A stretch of DNA of 36,619 bases, from assembly GCA_964505765.1 (NCBI GenBank), contig CAZDJQ010000002.1, positions 1-36,619 of the forward strand, in the 5' to 3' direction. Of the stretch, positions 36,350 through 36,619 are shown one piece after another. The DNA comes from an uncultured Gammaproteobacteria bacterium (GTDB lineage: Bacteria > Patescibacteriota > Microgenomatia > UBA12405 > JAHJSD01). The notes under the pieces were generated by a model. That model made no database searches and was not told the DNA's origin. It saw nothing but the letters and a program-made list of their open reading frames with translations. Numbering within the stretch: the stretch's first letter is position 1; every line of letters begins with the position of its first letter. The translations under genes were made by a program, and so were the position numbers.

Positions 36350-36619
36350 TTAATTTCGTAAATAATCAATATATTTTTCTTTCCATAATAAAAAGTCATC
36401 TATCCCTACATTACCATCACAATTGTAATCTGCATAGAGCTGACCAGCCGGAATTTGTTCTGCTCTGAAAAAGATTTTAATGTATTGTTCTTTCCAGCCG
36501 AGAAAATCTGTTAATGTCGCTCCGCTTGTCTGGCAATTGTAGCTGGTCGTTCCCCGATCAGCAAAACTGCCGTCCGGACACGGCTTACAGCCGGTTTCAA
36601 CTGGCGGCTGAGTCGGTTC
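36350..36619 (-). CDS. 3' end of a further dockerin-like-repeat protein (start lies beyond the window)
   Basis: Not in the ORF track because it has no Met inside the window. My translation of the minus strand is open for 89 codons: EPTQPPVETGCKPCPDG...YNCQTSGATLTDFLGWKEQY...DYNCDGNVGIDDFLLLWKEKYIDYLRN then stop (TAA is the reverse complement of 36350-36352). Confidence 0.6.
   Translation of the reverse strand, partial: EPTQPPVETGCKPCPDGSFADRGTTSYNCQTSGATLTDFLGWKEQYIKIFFRAEQIPAGQLYADYNCDGNVGIDDFLLWKEKYIDYLRN

Overview
The window is a gene-dense stretch of a small bacterial chromosome. Truncated housekeeping proteins, an archaeal-type TyrRS and cohesin/dockerin surface proteins suggest a reduced-genome, CPR/Patescibacteria-like organism; this taxonomic call is inference only. 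Most of the window is ordinary housekeeping: tyrS (5' partial), a ferredoxin, gyrB-ppa-gyrA, a Xer-type tyrosine recombinase, yebC, an RluA-family synthase, a DksA/TraR protein, tRNA-Leu(CAA), dnaB, hisS, rpmE plus a short prfA, htrA, ctp, rpsF-ssb-rpsR, cysS, dnaX-ybaB, a ybeY-like gene, yqeY and rpsU. A five-gene cohesin/dockerin surface-protein cluster occupies the right end. No rRNA genes or CRISPR arrays are present. Three things are not explained by housekeeping. (1) A roughly 4.2 kb, visibly lower-GC, translationally coupled five-gene operon (19930-24126, minus strand) encodes an S66/MccF-like peptidase, a truncated AlaRS-like class II ligase, a SAM methyltransferase and two tandem Dcd-like proteins with apparently reciprocal active-site substitutions. 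It is my best candidate for an undescribed aminoacyl-nucleotide or nucleotide-pool system. (2) Two diverged PaaX-like (Cas2-fold) solo genes each sit between a convergent housekeeping gene pair. Each is bracketed by a duplicated copy of the local terminator palindrome (53 nt at 52/53 identity; 32 nt at 30/32 identity). All four palindromes share an ACGATCGT apex, and the first cassette abuts the Xer recombinase gene. (3) A roughly 0.92 kb ORF-free, AT-rich gap (8589-9509) lies beside the recombinase in an otherwise tightly packed genome. It contains an array of CCTAT(A/T) boxes, three of them perfect CCTATAAT on the minus strand, and several hairpins. Minor oddities are an RF1 lacking domain 1, a YbeY-like protein lacking the His triad, ppa embedded in gyrBA, and short tandem repeats upstream of dnaX. 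All homology calls are by-eye motif recognition from memory. No searches were run.
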